Assembly: GCF_009914755.1 (NCBI RefSeq)
Contig: NC_060935.1
Reading direction: 5' to 3' (one strand)
Length of the DNA: 64,000 bases
From: the human T2T-CHM13v2.0 reference genome, Homo sapiens
Shown here: positions 52,781 through 64,000 of the stretch, in pieces
Numbering within the stretch: the first letter of the stretch is position 1
Layout of the letters: every line of letters starts with the position of its first letter
Made by a program: the position numbers and the translations under genes
Notes under the pieces: model-generated
The model's input: the letters and a program-made list of their open reading frames with translations, nothing else
Databases searched by the model: none
What the model was told of the DNA's origin: nothing

Positions 52781-54819
52781 AATGTAATGATGAGAGAGGC
52801 TGTTTACCCATCTGCAGTACTTTGCTTGATATGTAGTGAGTTCTGAACAATGATTGCTGAATTCTGAGAATGACATTTGTACTTTTTGTGGTTGTAAGAG
52901 TCACCCATGCTATGTGAATTCAGAGGGAGGGAGATAATCATGGGAAAAGATAGAAGTGTTATCTATTACCTCAGAGAACAACATCAGGGAATTAATTTCT
53001 TGAGCAATAACCTCAACCCAATCTCAACAAGGTGAGTCACTTCAAAAGTCCTCTTCTAAATGCTAGAGAACCCTTACAGGGAACTACTTGTCTTCTATTT
53101 TTAAAAGTCATTGGAAGACCATCCCAGCAATGTTCTCCTCAGCCACTACTGGTCAGAGAGGCTTAGTCAAAAACATCTCTTGAAGGAATAGAATGATTTG
53201 CTAAGTTAAGAGAGTATCAGGGTCCTAACCCAATTTTACAGGTATAGCGTTGCCCCGGAAACAAAGATGGCAACTGTGACCTCCGCATGCATAGAGTCAC
53301 TTCTATATATGGTCAAAGTTAGTGTCAGTCCCAGAGATTCTGGGATTGGAAGGAATGACCCTATTGCAGAGGAAGGAGACATGGATAAGGAGAGTAGACA
53401 AGATCGAAAGAGGTTTAATTAAAAACTAGATGTGATCTATTCCATACCCCTACCATAATCTGACTTCTGGAAGATCCTACTGTGATGGAGAGGGAGAACA
53501 ATTCCCTTCTCAAATCTACAACCTCAATGCAAGCACATCTACTATCCTCCTAGGAACTGGGGATGCCCAGTGCTCCAGAGCTTTATGGAATACTAAGGAC
53601 CTGCTCATGGAAGGGCTGGGAAGCATGAAGTAGAGGAGTAAAACTAATACTAGAAGAATGGGCATAGTGGTTCCACGACTCCTTCCACATCTCCATAGGG
53701 TAGGGCAAACCTGATCTTACAGGGTCTCTCTACCTCTCCTGAAACTGAGTGAAGGAGGCCTGGGCTACTATGCTACCATTAGTCACAAAAGGATCTCATA
53801 CTGACCCAGGAATTGGGATTTGACAATTGAGTTTGCTTTAGTAGGTTTCCAGAAGAGGATTTAGTGCTGTACAACACCGCGAGGACCCAAGATTTCTGAT
53901 CTGTAATCTATCATGTAAAGTAATAAGCTACTCATATGTGTTCTTGCTCATGGATCATTTTAAGCGGAAAACAATAGAACAGGCCCACATGGAGCCAGCT
54001 GTTATCTAAGAACCCTATTCTATAGATGTTGGTGGTAGCTGCACTAGCCAAAAATGTGAGAAAATCAGAGTCAGTCTCCAGACAGAACCCTCCTATCCTA
54101 TTTTTCTTGTCAGTCTAACAGCAACTAAGAAATCCAACAAGCCTCCCCTCTCCCTACCCCACCCAACTCCTCACAGAGAGCTGACACCCTGCTCTGGGGA
54201 GCAGGCTCTGGTATATAGCCCCCAGATCACAGGTGTCAGATCCCCTCCTCTAATGGTCAACGTCACAGGAAAAGACCAGCCAGCTGGTTCCCAAGATGTG
54301 CTTAGATAGCTTCTATAAGTATGAACTGGAGCTTGGGAGACTAAACAAGGAACCTTCTAAAGACGAAGTCTATGATATCTCCCAGTGTATCTTGGATTAC
54401 TGGAGAATGGGAAATGCATAACACAGTAGATTTCCAAGAACCCAATGACTTCAAATTTGGACTTTTTGGGCTTATGGATTCTGTAATTTACCTTACAAAC
54501 AATCTTTGCACAAAGAGCAAGTGTCCAAGGCAGTCAAAAGTTCCATTAGTGTTCTCTTGAAGCCAAGAGCACTTTTTCCTAACCCTCTCCTTCATGGCTC
54601 TTAACCGACTGCTCCCACCTGCTCAGTACTCCTCTCCTCCCTGAACTGATGACAGCTCACCATTTACTGCCACATAATTACAGCTCTTTGTACATCTCTC
54701 CATTCAGCAATCCTAGGATCACCTGCCAATCCCAAAATCTCCTGAACTCCTTCTCCCAGGAATGGGTGCATTTTGCTCCACCTATTCTAAAAACTCATGT
54801 TCTAAACCTCAGCTACAAT

Positions 54820-55290
54820 TTTTGAGGTAGTGGCTAACAGCAAGTATGCTAGAGCCAGACAGAGTTAGTATCCTAACTCTGCTATTTACTAGCTATATGA
54901 CCTTCCCCAAGTTAACGTCTGTCTCTTAGTTTCTTTTGTAAAATGGAAGAAAGAATTGTGCCCACCTCAAATGACTGTTGTGAGGTCAAGGCTTAGAGCA
55001 GTGCATGTACACAGGAAACCCCACAAGACTTTTAACCACTACTATGATTCAGACATTTCCCTGACTCCCCCAGCAAGAGTGAAAGTCTTCTTTCTCTGTG
55101 CTGCCATCGTATCTGGTATTGACTTGAGTTAAGGCAATTACTTTAACAACCCTTCGACAACTGTTTAGATCACTGTGTCCATTAGACTGTGAACTCCTTG
55201 AGAGCAGCAGGGTCTTGTTATTGCCACTGTATTCTCACCACATGACACAAGGCCAGGCAGAAAAGAGATTCAACTAGTTCTGCTATAATG
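54820..55290. mobile_element. MIR and L2 fragments
   Basis: GCTATTTACTAGCTATATGACCTT (MIR); ATTAGACTGTGAACTCCTTGAGAGCAG (L2 3' end). Confidence 0.6.
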
Positions 55291-55561
55291 CTAGTTTTAA
55301 AATACAAATTATTCAAAGACAATTGACATATGTATTAGGGGACTGAGAATAATGTGAATTTCGTGTTTGCTTGCATGTAACTCCACTTCCAAGAAAGTAG
55401 GTGAACCCAGAAAACTGAACCCAGCTGAACTGAGCTGAGTAAGAAAGCTCAACATGCACACATGCACACACCTCAAACATCGATCAGCTACTTCAGTTCA
55501 CCACTTGCGTTATGAGCCACACCCATTCACATCTGGTATTACAACTTTCTGCCCAATTTCA

Positions 55562-55865
55562 TTTTATTGGATTTATTTTTTAGAGACAGGGTCTTACTCT
55601 ATCACCCAGGCTGGAGTGCATGGCATGATTATAGCTCACTGTAGCCTTGAACTCCTGGGATCAAGTGATCCTCCTGCCTCGGCCTCTCGAGTAGGTAGAA
55701 GTACCAGTGCACACCACCGTGGCTGGCTAATTTTTTTAATTTTTTTGTAGAGATGGGCTCTCACTGTGTTGCACGGACTGGTCTCCAACTCCTGGGCTCA
55801 AGTGATCTTCCTGTCTTGGCCTCCCAAAGTGCTGGGATTACAGGTGTGAGACACTGTGCCCAGCC
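55562..55865 (-). mobile_element. AluJ
   Basis: AGAGACAGGGTCTTACTCT...ATAGCTCACTGTAGCCTTGAACTCCTGGG...CTGGGCTCAAGTGATC. Confidence 0.93.
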
Positions 55866-57609
55866 CATCTTTTTTTCAAATGTGTCACTGATGAAGTTTT
55901 TGAGTGTTGTGCCCCTAACTTCATTTTTCCAATAGGCCCTGTGGTCTTTATTGTATGACTTTACATAGTGTGGTGAGTTTAAGTCTCCTTATAATAGAAA
56001 GAACTGTATTCAGTAGACTTGTGGTTGATGGTGAATAATTCTTTTTCTTCATGGATATCTAAAGCTCCTGAAACTGTAGGAGCCCCTATTAGTCAGCAAA
56101 AGCTGTTTGGACTAGCAGTCTGTCCCACACTTAAAAGCAATATATATTTATTCATAGCTAACTACATGCCAGACATTGTGGTAAGCAGTAGAGACACTGT
56201 AGCTAATAAAAAGCAATATCTGCAACTCTTTTTGTCTCGTGGGGAATTGAGAGACAAGAAATTACAACAGAGTGGGCTAGATGCTATTAAAGAATAAACC
56301 AAGGAATTTTCTCCCGGACTTCAGTGAGCCAGCAAAGACCTCCCTGAGAAAGTGTTCCTTGCCCAGATCTTTCCACCTGATAGTCTCTTTCCTGGCTTGC
56401 CCCCATCTCTGCCTCCTTACTCTACTTCCTGAGTCACCAGCCCATCAGCACTGAGCAAAGAGATACAAAACAGAGTTAATGTGGCACAGGTGGGAGGGAG
56501 AAAGGCCCTGAGGGAAGCAGGTAGAACAGCCACATAAAGAGCCCCACAGGCACTGATTAAAGCGAAGAGAAGCTGCCAACACACAGTGCTCGAGATCTTT
56601 CCCAGTCAAGCCTTCTGCTGGTGATTTCTTCCTCATTCATTTATCCATTCAACATGTATTAAGCTTCTTAGGTGGGCTGGATCCCACCTAAGTCAATCTA
56701 CTTGTCCTGCCTCCTCCAATGTCAGAGATGCTTCTTCCTCAGATGGCTGCTACTCTGAGTTGAGTGCCATTTTCTCCCTCTATGTCACCTCCACTCGCTC
56801 TGGCATGCCAGGAATGAGACTCTAGTGGGACCCACTTTTGTACCGTGAAGAAGGAAAGGAAACGGAGAAGAAAAGTCCCGTTTCGTACTGCCATCTCTCT
56901 CTCTGTTGCTTCCCAGCCCCAACTTCAACTCTCCAGCTGGTGTTCAGCATCAAGTTCAGAACGTAAGCACCCTGCACCCCAAAAACCCAGCAAGTTTTCC
57001 CTTGCCACACCAAGCTCCCAGATTCACTCCAGATTCCATCTGCCTCCCACTACGGTTTCTCCCTTTCTTTATACTCTGCCTCCTCTCTTCCTGGATGGTT
57101 GGTGCTGAGAATGGGCAATTGCTCAGAGCTGGGCAAACCTTAATATCACTGTACCCACCAGGCCTATACAGCTGAAGAAGCTGAGGTCCAGAGATCTTGC
57201 CCAAGGATACACAGGCAGGGACAGGACAGCCGGAAGCCTGATTCCCCACCCTGCCCCCAGCACTGGCTTTCTCCTCATATAGAGACTGAGACTGACTCTA
57301 TTTGGACCCTGAGGAAGAAAAGTATTCATCTCCACTCCACCCTCTGCTGACATCCAATTAGAAGGCTCTCTCAGGCTATCTATACCAACCACTGCAGCAG
57401 GCAGCCTCTTCCTCACTACCCCTTCCTCCCACTACAATACATATAGACTTTTAGGAGCAAAGGATTCTCCTATCTTAGCTAGAATTGCGACCTTAATTAT
57501 CCATCCAAACCCCCCTAACCAAAAGTTATAAACCTGTGATCCTCCCAGCCCTGCACTACTCCTACACGTATGCCATGGATGGGTTTGTGCCACTGTGACA
57601 CCCCCAAAA

Positions 57610-57634
57610 TCTCTCCCCTTATCTTCCCTGTCAG
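57610..57634 (+). promoter_or_regulatory. Splice acceptor for the OR52W1 coding exon
   Basis: TCTCTCCCCTTATCTTCCCTGTCAG|G, 42 nt before the ATG. Confidence 0.6.
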
Positions 57635-57676
57635 GAGTCATGCCCCCATGAGCCCTCAAGTTGTGCCCACCACAGA

Positions 57677-58639
57677 ATGGCAGAAACTCTACAACTCAAT
57701 TCCACCTTCCTACACCCAAACTTCTTCATACTGACTGGCTTTCCAGGGCTAGGAAGTGCCCAGACTTGGCTGACACTGGTCTTTGGGCCCATTTATCTGC
57801 TGGCCCTGCTGGGCAATGGAGCACTGCCGGCAGTGGTGTGGATAGACTCCACACTGCACCAGCCCATGTTTCTACTGTTGGCCATCCTGGCAGCCACAGA
57901 CCTGGGCTTAGCCACATCTATAGCCCCAGGGTTGCTGGCTGTGCTGTGGCTTGGGCCCCGATCTGTGCCATATGCTGTGTGCCTGGTCCAGATGTTCTTT
58001 GTACATGCACTGACTGCCATGGAATCAGGTGTGCTTTTGGCCATGGCCTGTGATCGTGCTGCGGCAATAGGGCGTCCACTGCACTACCCTGTCCTGGTCA
58101 CCAAAGCCTGTGTGGGTTATGCAGCCTTGGCCCTGGCACTGAAAGCTGTGGCTATTGTTGTACCTTTCCCACTGCTGGTGGCAAAGTTTGAGCACTTCCA
58201 AGCCAAGACCATAGGCCATACCTATTGTGCACACATGGCAGTGGTAGAACTGGTGGTGGGTAACACACAGGCCACCAACTTATATGGTCTGGCACTTTCA
58301 CTGGCCATCTCAGGTATGGATATTCTGGGTATCACTGGCTCCTATGGACTCATTGCCCATGCTGTGCTGCAGCTACCTACCCGGGAGGCCCGTGCCAAGG
58401 CCTTTGGTACATGTAGTTCTCACATCTGTGTCATTCAGGCCTTCTACATACCTGGTCTCTTCTCCTACCTCACACACCGCTTTGGTCATCACACTGTCCC
58501 AAAGCCTGTGCACATCCTTCTCTCCAACATCTACTTGCTGCTGCCACCTGCCCTCAACCCCCTCATCTATGGGGCCCGCACCAAGCAGATCAGAGACCGA
58601 CTCCTGGAAACCTTCACATTCAGAAAAAGCCCGTTGTAA
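57677..58639 (+). CDS. OR52W1: Olfactory receptor 52W1 (class I), 320 aa, intact ORF with divergent motifs
   Basis: GN, LHQPMF, MACDRAAAI, KAFGTCSSH, THRFG, PPALNPLIYG; strong Kozak context; sequence recognised. Confidence 0.95.
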   Translation: MAETLQLNSTFLHPNFFILTGFPGLGSAQTWLTLVFGPIYLLALLGNGALPAVVWIDSTLHQPMFLLLAILAATDLGLATSIAPGLLAVLWLGPRSVPYAVCLVQMFFVHALTAMESGVLLAMACDRAAAIGRPLHYPVLVTKACVGYAALALALKAVAIVVPFPLLVAKFEHFQAKTIGHTYCAHMAVVELVVGNTQATNLYGLALSLAISGMDILGITGSYGLIAHAVLQLPTREARAKAFGTCSSHICVIQAFYIPGLFSYLTHRFGHHTVPKPVHILLSNIYLLLPPALNPLIYGARTKQIRDRLLETFTFRKSPL

Positions 58640-60227
58640 TGTCCAGTGGTAACAATGGAGCCTAAGAGTGGAGGTGAGGGGACAATCGGAGGGGAGTCTG
58701 GGGGTGTGGATCATGTTATTTTCATCCCACTGCATATGACTGTTATCATCATTTAACAGGTACTTGCTGTGGAGTCCCTATGTGCAACACTGGCATCTGT
58801 AGACTTTGACTTAAACATGTATTCTGCTTGGGAGGAGGCAGGAGGTAGAGGTCAGGGGGCTACACTACCATGCAGGAAAAATTAGTGAAGGACCATAATA
58901 AACAAGATCTAACAACTCCCTTTCCTGCTCCCCACCTCCATTATTTCAACCTAAGTCTGCCCACGTTTCCACACAAAAGCTCCTCTATAGATCCCAAACT
59001 TGAGGGAAGTGCTTGGCACTGCCGCAGAGGGTGGCGCTGTCCCTGGAGTCAAGTGCTTGGGCACCCGTCTGAAATCACAGCCCTCTCTACTCCTGGAGCC
59101 AGATTCTGTTTTCAGACTGCCCTCAGGAAACGAGTTCTACAGGCTCATCTCCTGCCTTCCGATAAACTAAATAATGTGCCCTGTGGTACCAATTTGGCCA
59201 CTTCAAATTCAAAGAATCCTCTTTTGGTCTCATGTGTAATTACTATTCTTCCTTCCCCCAACTCCCACCAAAGCCCCCAAAATTAACAGCTGTAACTTCT
59301 TCCCCTGTGACTGCAGCTGCAGAGGTCAGGGGTCCACTGAAAGAAATGTTGATATCCCAGAAAATCACTGCAGCCACATCATCTGATTGCCTGAGGCTGA
59401 ATTACTATGGTTTCTTGTCAATCTGCCCTTCTGTGCACCCTCAACAAGAAGGTATAATCCCCAGATAAAATCCCCATAGGCACCCCCATTTGTCTTGGCC
59501 AACATCATTAGAAGCACATGATGTTAGTGCAATATGATGAAATGAAACATTTCACACTTCTGTAACTGTCAGGGCAGCAAGAACAGGAAGTGCGGTGGTG
59601 TTGCCCAACAGGGGATTCATTTTCAGCTAAGACACCACACTGGAAGGGACATTACATAACAAAGGTCTTTAATACTATCACGGAGCTTACAATAAGTATA
59701 ATCTGACAGAAGGCAGGGAGTCACCGTTATGAGATCAGAAAAAGCTGCAGACTGCAAAGGCAAACCCAAGCTCTCCAGGAAAACGATCATAACCACAGGT
59801 ATTAGAGTTAGCCATGAAAACCTGAAGCCAGGAGCAACCCAGTCCACTCAGCACAGATAGCTGGACCAAGATGGACCACGGAACACCACACAGAAGAGGA
59901 GACTGCAGATCAGAAAAAGCAGATGATGCCATCTCCGGTGCCACACTGGGTCTTAGCAGGTCATCAATAACAAGGACTAAAGAGCCCAGAAGCTCTGTAT
60001 CATTTTCACAGGCATCATCACACTGCATGCAAGTAGATACAGAGGAAATCTACAGTCAACCTAAGTGTGTGCTCATTCATTCTCAAGACTAATTTTTTTC
60101 ATGAAGTTCTGGGTTTAACTGGCCTCCAAGCAATGATTTTGCAGATAACTGTGACACAATTCTAATCCTAATGAGTCACAAGTCTTGAAGATGTTCGTAT
60201 CATTCTCTTACTCTAAATTCCCCTTTA

Positions 60228-60296
60228 TTGCAGTGAGCTGTGATCACACCACTGCACTCCAGCCTGGTGACAGTGAGACCTTGTCTCAAAAATATA
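60228..60296 (+). mobile_element. Severely 5'-truncated Alu (right-arm end only)
   Basis: TTGCAGTGAGCTGTGATCACACCACTGCACTCCAGCCTGG...GTCTCAAAAA with TSD TAA(A/G)TTCCCCTTTA. Confidence 0.88.
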
Positions 60297-60759
60297 TAAG
60301 TTCCCCCTTAATAAATCTATCCTAAGAAAATAATTGAGATGTGAACAAGCATATATGCAGTAAAATATTTATTGATTATAAATAAATATATGTATGATAA
60401 TCCTGCGTCTCACATACATACAGGTATACCATTTTTTGCCTTTCCCCTCTGATACATGAAAGGGAAATCATCTGCAGCCAACGTTCATAAACAATGAATT
60501 CTGTCACCCTCCCACCACAGGAAGACTCTCTTCTAAGGCACCTTCAACCCCTGGTTGTGCACAACTTTTCAAGGTAGCTGGTTCCAGAGCTGTACGTTGT
60601 CCATTGTAGCAACTTTCTTCCTTCAAGCTAAAAATCCACTCCCTTGGACATTTGTATCTTGTTCCAAATTGAGATTGCATACATACCTACCATATGATGT
60701 GTTTCAAGAGCTTTACCACACTCTCATTCCTCATGACAACCTGAGAATTAATTATAAGC

Positions 60760-61065
60760 CCACAATCCCTCATCCATAATTCCAAAATAAAACTCTGAAG
60801 AAACAATATTTTTTTATAACTTTGGCCCAAAAGCTGACATCTCAACCATCATGATCCTATTTATAATCTTTATTTATCTTATTTAGTGTAAATGTTCATA
60901 CATCTAACTTCAGAAATGTTGATGTTTGATTATAGGGCACTGTCCTGAATCCCACTGGGGTATTCCTTAATATATGATATATATATATCATATTCCTTTT
61001 CTATAATCTGAAAAAAACTGAATTCCAAAATATCTGTCCCTAAAAGTTTCAAATAAGGTGTGAGG
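60760..61065. mobile_element. Probable old TcMar-Tigger-type DNA element
   Basis: CAATCCCTCATCCATAATTCC...CTGAATTCCAAAATATCTG...AATAAGG; family recalled only loosely. Confidence 0.4.
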
Positions 61066-61607
61066 GGTCTGTGTGATTATCCTTGAAGTCTGAGAGACAT
61101 GAAGAGACTTGTTAGGGCTCTTTATCACTCTAAAGTCTTTGCTGTCAATACTATTCTATACTGCCCTACAGGTTCATACTGAGAACCTCGTGTTCTCTGG
61201 ATAAAAAGATCCATCTGTTTATTCCCCCCATGCTCTCCATTCAGACCACCCTCAGATACCCTGCAGATGGTCTGTCTCTCATGCCATACCAGAGGCAAAT
61301 CCTATAAGCAGGATATGGCCCAAAGAGCGCAGCCCTTAGGCTCATGATCTCCATCCAGGACCAAGTAGTCATCCATTTTCCTTCAGTAACTTTTAGTTTC
61401 AGTCTCTCTCTGAGTCAAAAGGAAAGACCGACTTACTTAGTGTTGGGGTAGATCAGTAGGGAATTTAGGGATCCTAGGGAATCATGATAATCAGGCAGCA
61501 GAAGAATGTATGGGCTTCTAACTGAGAAGTAATCAGTCAGAAGTTTTCAGTCACAATTTCCCCTGTGAGCCCCTCTCCCAAAAGTCCTAAAGAGATCCTC
61601 CTCGTCC

Positions 61608-61770
61608 TTTTTTTTTTTTTTGTATAAATTTGAAGGGTACAAGTGCAATTCTGCTATATGCATAGACTGCATAGTGGTAAAGTCACCACAGTCCACCATC
61701 CCTGCACCTACCTCATCCCTCCCCTTCTCATTCTGGAATCCCCTCGGGATCTGGATGTACACCATTCTCT
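61608..61770 (-). mobile_element. L1PB/L1MA 3' terminal fragment
   Basis: T-tract then GTATAAATTTGAAGGGTACAAGTGCAATT...GCATAGTGGTAAAGTC. Confidence 0.75.
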
Positions 61771-62149
61771 ATCAGTCACTCTCATTGTCTCTGTACCACT
61801 GCATCTCTGTCTCCTTGCACCATTTGTCAGTTTTATCCCATATCTATGTCTCTTGTCCTTGTGTATGTCTCTCTCTTGCTCTATCTCCACCTGCCTCACT
61901 CAGAATTCTTTCCTGGAGAGAACAGAGGTGCAGCTATACTACACCAGGTGACCTCTTTTTGTCAACCATAATCAAAACGTGCTAAAGGAAGGAATTTGGT
62001 TTCACTTGTCTTAATAAGAAACTTGGGGTTTCTGATTCGGCCCATCGTGGCTCCTCTCTTATCCTGCCCATTTCCTTTTCACTAAACCACTTGGTACTTT
62101 CCATCTGGCAGACACTCCTCCCACCACACACTAAAGTGAGCCAAAGGAA

Positions 62150-62375
62150 CGTGTTGGTTAAAGGTTCAGTCAAGCAGACTTTTACCTGAATCCTAGATCC
62201 TCTATAAACTCACTCTATATGCTTTGGAGTAATTATTCAACCTCTCTGAACCTGTTTCTTTGCTTGTAAAATGAGATAATAGTAGTAACTACTTCAAGAG
62301 GATACCAAATGGATTAATATAATGAATTCAAAGTATTTTGCACAGCTCCTAGCACAAAAGAGCTCAATATTAATA
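62150..62375 (+). mobile_element. MIR
   Basis: AACCTCTCTGAACCTGTTTC...TGTAAAATGAGATAATAGTAG. Confidence 0.7.
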
Positions 62376-63098
62376 TTTGGCATAATTCCTCTCCTGGAAA
62401 TGTTTGATATTAATTCCTCTCTGGAAAATAGGACCACACCCACTGTAAAACCTTTGCTCAAAGACCCAGCACCCATATTCATAGCTTTATCTAAGGAGAC
62501 CTGCCCTCCCGAGGCCAGTTACATCTCCTTTAGGAAAATTTTACTAACACTCTTTCCCACCACTGCAGGACCTTTGCCTATGCCCCCACTCATACCACCT
62601 CAGCCAGCTCCGATGACAGCCAACTTTGTGGGACTGCTCTACAGAGCTATGCCGGGCTGGGCTAGGGGAGGATACCTCCTACACACAAGAGGTATTCCTG
62701 GGCACAAAGGAGACTCTCCAGAGGGACTCAGAGAAAGGACTCCTTGAACAGATAAGGTACGGAGTAGAAAAGTTAACTACAGGAAAGGCTCTCTAGAATG
62801 GTTCTTCTTTAGCAAAACACAGTTGAGATCTCTGGACAAAGACGCAAAGGAGATAACACATAGCTAATATTCCAGCTCTTATCTAGCTACTAGGCACAAA
62901 TCAGACTAGGACAGGGAGTGGAGCATGAAGAAATTTTTTCTCAAATTTACCTGGGTAATTCTGGCTTCCTGAAAATTCTCTCGTTACTAAGGCAACATTA
63001 TCCCAATTATATTCTTACCCTCCACATTGTCACACTGCTCAGCACAGCAACCTCCTACACACACCTGGTTTTCATTGCAATTGTAACCCACCCATTAA

Positions 63099-63277
63099 TA
63101 ATGGTTTTCAACGTAAGTTATGCATTAAAATTGCCTGAAGAGCTTTTAGAAATTGTGATGCCCAGGCACACCCCAGATCAATTAAATCAGAATCTCTGGC
63201 ACCAGTAATTGATCCAGGCAACAGTAATTTTTAAGCTCCCAGGCAATTCCAAAGTGCAGCCAAGGCTGGGACCACTG
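63099..63277. mobile_element. MER5A-like hAT element
   Basis: GATGCCCAGGCACACCCCAGATCAATTAAATCAGAATCTCTGG...GTGCAGCCAAGGCTGGGACCACTG. Confidence 0.8.
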
Positions 63278-63307
63278 CTTGGTTCTCAGTATAAGCCCTG
63301 ATCTATA

Positions 63308-63650
63308 TAGTCATGCATTGCTTAACAACAGGGTATGCTCTGAGAAATGCATCCTTAGGCAATTTTATCATTGCGCAAACATCATAGAGTGTACTTACAC
63401 AAACCTAGATGGTATAGCCTACTACACAGCTAGGCTCTATGGTATAGCCTATTGCTCTTGGGCTACAAATCTGTACAGCATGTTACTGTAGTGAATACTA
63501 TATGAAATTGTAACACAATGGTATTTGTGTATCAAAACATACCTAAACATAGAAAAAGTAAAGTAAAAACATGGCATTATACTCTTATGGCGTCAGACCA
63601 CTGTCAGTCACATATCATTTTCCAAAACACTGTTAGGTGGCTCATAACTG
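63308..63650 (-). mobile_element. Tigger3a-like element (opposite orientation to the copy at 43146)
   Basis: AGTCATGCATTGCTTAAC...CATCATAGAGTGTACTTACACAAACCTAG...CATAACTG|TA. Confidence 0.8.
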
Positions 63651-64000
63651 TACTTCTCCCGTGTCCTTTAGGACCCCAATCCAACCTCACAGAGAAGCAT
63701 CTGCAGCTAAGATAGTAAATTGCTTCAGAGATGCTGCTGAAGGGAGGAGAGGCCTGATCCTGTTTCCTTAAAGAACTCAGACCAAGAACTACACACACAC
63801 ATACACATATACAAACACACCCTAACAGACCCTGCATTTTCTTCCCCTAATGCAGGAGGATGGATAGGTGACTCAAGAGTAAGAATTACAGACTGCAGTG
63901 AAGCTAGGAAAGTCACTGTCCTCCCCCTATCCAAGGTACAATTATCTAGCAGGACCTCTATGATGTCATGCAGTGGTTTAGGGCCCAAGACCTCAGGTCT

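Noticed and set aside
56667-56692. 10-bp perfect hairpin CTTAGGTGGG-N6-CCCACCTAAG
   Set aside because: About one such hairpin is expected by chance in 64 kb, and there is no supporting context.
62322-62747. 141-aa Pro-rich ORF
   Set aside because: Starts inside a MIR and has no domain or splice support.

Overview
Primate genomic DNA, almost certainly human given the Alus and an L1HS pre-Ta insertion, from a class I olfactory receptor (OR) cluster. By recalled protein identity this is the chr11p15.4 OR52B1P - OR52B2 - OR52W1 segment. It holds two intact single-coding-exon OR genes (OR52B2 at 27801-28772, minus; OR52W1 at 57677-58639, plus) and one frameshifted OR52B pseudogene (10049-10982, minus). 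Most of the rest is transposon-derived: two near-full-length L1PA2/3-type elements, one internally deleted L1PA4/5-type element, an old L1MA carrying nested MER41A/MER41-int, MER4A1 and Alus, about ten Alus, and MaLR, MIR, L2 and DNA-transposon relics. I found no tRNA, rRNA or CRISPR, and no evidence of a wholly new biological system. The best second-look items are: (1) a tiny L1HS pre-Ta insertion with a 3' transduction tag; (2) private variants shared by two L1s about 41.7 kb apart, suggesting ectopic gene conversion; (3) a snap-back hairpin at an L1 3' deletion junction; (4) paralogous O/E + homeodomain promoter candidates for OR52B2 and its pseudogene; (5) receptor-motif oddities (OR52B2 His at the class I carboxylate-binding Arg; OR52W1 lacking both cysteines of the second ECL2 disulfide); (6) an open antisense ORF0 in all three otherwise broken L1PAs. 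Repeat subfamily names come from recalled consensus sequences, and boundaries of old repeats are approximate.
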